From positions 213,308 through 277,307 of the forward strand of contig JADHMO010000001.1 of assembly GCA_016779995.1 (NCBI GenBank): a stretch of DNA of 64,000 nucleotides, written 5' to 3'. The translations under genes were made by a program, and so were the position numbers. Positions 60,569 through 64,000 of this stretch are shown one piece after another. The notes under the pieces were generated by a model that had not been told where the DNA came from, did not search any database, and worked only from the letters and a program-made list of their open reading frames with translations. The stretch is from Flavobacteriales bacterium. Lineage in GTDB: Bacteria > Bacteroidota > Bacteroidia > Flavobacteriales > UBA7312. The stretch's first letter is position 1. Every line of letters starts with the position of its first letter.

Positions 60569-61360
60569 GTGATAAGTAAATTAAAATTTAAAGACTCCTT
60601 TTTTCTGATTGCTGGGCCCTGTGCTATTGAAAGCGAAGAAATGGCTTTTGATATTGCTAGACACGTCAAAGCAATTTGTGAAAAATTAGAAATTCCTTTT
60701 GTTTTTAAAGGTTCTTATCGAAAAGCTAATCGTTCACGTTTAGACTCTTTTACAGGTATTGGTGATGAAAAAGCACTTACTATTCTGAAGAATATTAGAA
60801 AAGAGCTAGATATTCCCGTAACTACAGATATACATTCTGTAGAGGAGGCAAAATTAGCTGCTAAACACGTGGATATTTTACAAATTCCAGCTTTCTTGTG
60901 CCGCCAAACTGACTTGATAGTAGCTGCTGCCAAAACGGGCAAAACCGTTAATATCAAGAAAGGTCAATTCTTGTCACCCCAAGCTATGCAATTTGCCGTA
61001 CAAAAGGTAAAAGATAGCGACAACAATTGTGTGCTAATTACGGAAAGAGGCAGTCAGTTTGGTTATCATGAATTGGTAGTGGATTTTAAAGGGATACCTC
61101 TTATGCAAGAATACGCCCCTGTTGTAATGGACGTTACACATTCCCTACAACAGCCCAACCAAAGTAGCGGTGTTACAGGAGGTCAACCTCAACTAATAGA
61201 AACCATAGCTAAAGCAGCTATTGCTAGTGGTGTAGATGGTATTTTTATAGAAACTCACCCCAAACCCCAAGAGGCTAAATCTGATGGTGCGAATATGCTA
61301 CCCCTAGACCAATTGGAAGACTTATTGTATAAGTTAGTGCGACTGAAAAAAGCCCTTTAA
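60569..61360 (+). CDS. kdsA: 3-deoxy-8-phosphooctulonate (KDO8P) synthase
   Basis: IAGPCAIES, KANRSR, QIPAFLCRQTDL, NIKKGQF, ERG, DVTHSLQ, FIETHP...SDG. Confidence 0.97.
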   Translation: MISKLKFKDSFFLIAGPCAIESEEMAFDIARHVKAICEKLEIPFVFKGSYRKANRSRLDSFTGIGDEKALTILKNIRKELDIPVTTDIHSVEEAKLAAKHVDILQIPAFLCRQTDLIVAAAKTGKTVNIKKGQFLSPQAMQFAVQKVKDSDNNCVLITERGSQFGYHELVVDFKGIPLMQEYAPVVMDVTHSLQQPNQSSGVTGGQPQLIETIAKAAIASGVDGIFIETHPKPQEAKSDGANMLPLDQLEDLLYKLVRLKKAL

Positions 61361-61370
61361 TTTTTGTAAA
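61271..61370 (+). repeat. Direct repeat copy 1 (kdsA 3' end plus 10 nt)
   Basis: Ungapped 100-bp alignment to 63026-63125 with 14 mismatches. Confidence 0.92.
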
Positions 61371-61479
61371 TTTGATTTAATAAAAATTTAAAGCCACTCT
61401 CCTTTTTTACATTTTCATTTATGATGCAATTGACTAATCAGAAAGACTGATGCTCAATTAGAATTGTATTATACTTAAA

Positions 61480-63033
61480 ATGGAAAAAACGCTTACTCAT
61501 AAAAGTCAAATCAAAAAAAGTATCAGTGAAACAGAATTTTTAAAACAATTTGTTTTTACTCCCTTTAAAATAGACGACTTAAAAAACTTCAATTCAAAAA
61601 AAATTGGAAATCATTATTTATCATTTCATGACAAACTAAACATTTGCGATTTTCAAAATGATAGTTTTGAATGTATTATAGTGGGAGATTTGTATGACTA
61701 CCAATATACAGATTTTGATAATGAGCACATATTGGAAAATATTTGCCGTACCTATTTACACAAAGAAATATTTGATTTTGTTCAATTATTTGAAAAATAC
61801 TGTGGAAGTTATCTTGTATTCTTCTATGATAAAGAATTAGACAATACCTTCGTTTTTACAGATGCAACAGGTACAAGAGAATGTTATTATCATACAACCG
61901 ATAATAATCAACTCATAGCAGCATCTCAAGCTGTTACAATAAACTCTATTTGTTCACTTGAGATTGATGATAGTGAAGAAGCTAAAAGCTTTTTTAATTC
62001 TAAAGCCTTTCAAAAGCGAATGACCTTTGTTGCTGACACCACAAATTTTAAAGGAGTTAAACGACTAAAACCAAACTATCTATTAGACCTTAATAAAAAG
62101 TTATCAATTAGGTATTTTCCATATGAAAAGCTCCAAAGAAGTGATGTGGATTCAACTGCTAAGATAGCAGCAGAAATGATTAAAGGATATATTACCTCTG
62201 CAAGTAAAAGATATAAAATGGCTATTCCAGTAAGTGGTGGTTGGGAAAGTAGAGTTTTACTTGCTGCTAGTAAAGACATTAGCGATAAAACTTATTATTT
62301 TGTTTATAAGCATAGTAATTATTCTGATAATCATCCTGATATTAAATATCCAAAGATGCTATTAGAACAATTAGGATTAACATTACATATTTTTGAATGC
62401 TCAAAAAATATTTCTGAAGAACACCATAACAATCTTGGTAAAATTTTATCATTTCCTAGATTTTCAAATTTCAATTATTTATTTAGTGCAGTCAATCAGC
62501 ATATACCTAACTATCTAATACTAAATGGCAATGTAAGTGAAATTTGTAGAATGCAATGGGATGAAATCAAAATTAAAGATGAGTATAGAATAGCTTTTCT
62601 AGAGAACTATCCATATCAACAATTTGCACTAAAGCATTATAAAAAATGGTTAGAGGACAACAATCCAACATTCGAGAAATATAATTATAGAGCTTCAGAT
62701 ATGCTATACTGGGAAGAAAATTCTGCGAATTGGGTGGGAAAAGCTAATAGTGAAACAAGAATTATTGCAGATGCATTACAACCTTTTAACTCAAAAAAAC
62801 TCATTAAAACATTAATGTCTGTGGACAAGAAATATAGACAAAAACAACACCCTATTCTCTATAAAAAAATAATAGAAACCTTATGGGCTGAATGTCTCTC
62901 TGTTCCAATAAATCCAGGTTTCAAGAAGAAAACAATACGATTTATGCAAATTATCGGTATCTATGGGATTTATAGAGAACTGTATATAAATTTACAATTA
63001 AAACTAGCCAAAATAAAATCTAAAAGAAGCTAA
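61480..63033 (+). CDS. Asparagine-synthetase-like (N-type ATP pyrophosphatase) protein, low GC
   Basis: FTDATGTRECYY (GATase-II-like) and IPVSGGWESRVLLA (PP-loop-like). A TAAATTTG -7 element lies at 61367-61374. Confidence 0.65.
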   Translation: MEKTLTHKSQIKKSISETEFLKQFVFTPFKIDDLKNFNSKKIGNHYLSFHDKLNICDFQNDSFECIIVGDLYDYQYTDFDNEHILENICRTYLHKEIFDFVQLFEKYCGSYLVFFYDKELDNTFVFTDATGTRECYYHTTDNNQLIAASQAVTINSICSLEIDDSEEAKSFFNSKAFQKRMTFVADTTNFKGVKRLKPNYLLDLNKKLSIRYFPYEKLQRSDVDSTAKIAAEMIKGYITSASKRYKMAIPVSGGWESRVLLAASKDISDKTYYFVYKHSNYSDNHPDIKYPKMLLEQLGLTLHIFECSKNISEEHHNNLGKILSFPRFSNFNYLFSAVNQHIPNYLILNGNVSEICRMQWDEIKIKDEYRIAFLENYPYQQFALKHYKKWLEDNNPTFEKYNYRASDMLYWEENSANWVGKANSETRIIADALQPFNSKKLIKTLMSVDKKYRQKQHPILYKKIIETLWAECLSVPINPGFKKKTIRFMQIIGIYGIYRELYINLQLKLAKIKSKRS

Positions 63034-63125
63034 ATAAAATGGTGCTAATAGGCTACCCCTTGACCATTTGGAAGACTTATTGAAAAAGTTATTACGGCTG
63101 AAAAAAGCCCTTAAATTTTTGTAAA
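63026..63125 (+). pseudogene. Remnant duplicate of the kdsA 3' end (direct repeat copy 2)
   Basis: In the kdsA frame it reads EAK*NGANRLPLDHLEDLLKKLLRLKKAL, versus kdsA EAKSDGANMLPLDQLEDLLYKLVRLKKAL. Confidence 0.88.
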
Positions 63126-63129
63126 CTAA

Positions 63130-63651
63130 TTGACTGAGCCTCTTAACATAAATCAAATGAGTATTATTGATATAGAACTCCTACCCCTAAACAAAAACGA
63201 TAGCAAACTCTTATACGCACTGTTTAATGATGAAAAAGTACTCCAATCATATCGGCGAGAATCTTTACTAAGTCAAAAGCAAAGTGATGATTTTTTACAA
63301 AAAATTACTAGCAGAGGATGTTGGACATGGAAAATACTTAATTACAAGGAAAAAAATAGTTTTTTAGGCATCTGTTCCTTGCACCACTACGACCAAGAAA
63401 ACAAAACAATAGAAATTGGAGGTACTCTTTTTTCAATTTATTGGGGTAAAGGAATAATGGTAAGCGCATTTATTCAATTGATTGAAAAAGCTAGAAAAGA
63501 ATTCAATATCAATAAAGTCATTGGCAAAACACATATCTCAAATAAAAAGGCAATACAAATGGTACATAAATTAGGCTTCACTATCTTACAAAAAGATGAC
63601 GAAGAAGTAGTTTTAATTAAAGAAATAAACCAAAAAACTACTTCACCCTAA
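63130..63651 (+). CDS. GNAT (RimJ/RimL family) N-acetyltransferase
   Basis: LGICSLH, IEIGGTL...YWGKGIM, NKKAIQMVHKLGF. Start codon uncertain. Confidence 0.8.
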   Translation: MTEPLNINQMSIIDIELLPLNKNDSKLLYALFNDEKVLQSYRRESLLSQKQSDDFLQKITSRGCWTWKILNYKEKNSFLGICSLHHYDQENKTIEIGGTLFSIYWGKGIMVSAFIQLIEKARKEFNINKVIGKTHISNKKAIQMVHKLGFTILQKDDEEVVLIKEINQKTTSP

Positions 63652-64000
63652 AGGCTGTTCTTCTGTTAGTGGCTCTACCCTCGTCTGTATCGTTAGTAGC
63701 GATGGGCTGACTTGCACCAAAGCCTTTGAAAGTCATTCTGCTGGCACTTATGCCATTTTCTACTAGAAAATCATAAACGGCTTTGGCTCTATTTTCTGAA
63801 AGTTTAAGGTTATGCGATTCTGCACCTACATTATCGGTGTGTCCTTCTATTTCTACCTCAAGACTCGCATTATTATTCATAAAATTAACCAAGGTATTGA
63901 GCTCTACCTCGGATTCATTTTTTAGGGTATAAGCATCGGTATCAAAGAAAATATTTTTCAATACAATCTTACTTCCTTTATTGAGTCGTTGCAATGGTAT
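63638..64000 (-). CDS. C-terminal OmpA domain of an envelope protein (continues beyond the window)
   Basis: LKNIFFDT, IEGHTDNVG, LSENRAKAV, NRRTAF. Confidence 0.9.
   Translation of the reverse strand: MPLQRLNKGSKIVLKNIFFDTDAYTLKNESEVELNTLVNFMNNNASLEVEIEGHTDNVGAESHNLKLSENRAKAVYDFLVENGISASRMTFKGFGASQPIATNDTDEGRATNRRTAFRVK

Noticed and set aside
1588-60957. The many 60-140 aa ORFs in the track lying antisense to, or frame-shifted within, long genes (e.g. 1588-1776, 4540-4782, 13491-13904, 46091-46456, 60715-60957)
   Set aside because: They are fully nested in well-supported genes, have no recognisable motifs, and are expected shadow ORFs.
61428-61459. Hairpin AATTGA-cta-ATCAG-aaaga-CTGAT-gc-TCAATT upstream of the inserted gene
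   Set aside because: It is AT-rich and weak, with no T-tail and no second copy, so function cannot be supported.
1-64000. CRISPR array, tRNA/rRNA, IS element or integrase
   Set aside because: I saw no regularly spaced repeats, cloverleaf/rRNA signatures, terminal inverted repeats with a transposase, or tyrosine/serine recombinase motifs. tRNAscan and ISEScan would confirm.

Overview
This is a 64-kb, gene-dense, AT-rich chromosomal window from a Bacteroidota (most likely Flavobacteriales) genome. The assignment rests on TAnnTTTG (-7) promoter elements, several T9SS C-terminal sorting tails and family-typical genes. The backbone is housekeeping: lon, ychF, split transketolase, rsmG, an ECF sigma factor, tgt, lptF/G, mazG, apbE, the full nqrABCDEF operon, pruA, ftsB, methylmalonyl-CoA mutase with meaB, rarA and kdsA. 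It also carries many envelope and T9SS-cargo genes. I found no rRNA, tRNA, CRISPR array, integrase or transposase. The main observations worth following up are: (1) a ~120-nt rod-shaped structured RNA with an embedded 11-codon ORF and an alternative G-run/C-run pairing, downstream of the nqrF terminator; (2) a low-GC islet encoding a 4-TM KAP NTPase coupled to a membrane-anchored partner (candidate defence system), bracketed by a 12-bp direct repeat; (3) a 100-bp, 86%-identical duplicate of the kdsA 3' end flanking a low-GC asparagine-synthetase-like gene; (4) a single-ORF fusion of the small and large methylmalonyl-CoA mutase subunits; (5) a small TM/4-Cys protein next to apbE that looks like an NqrM-type maturation factor. 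All family assignments come from motif recognition by eye, with no database search. GC values are hand counts of single 60-nt lines.
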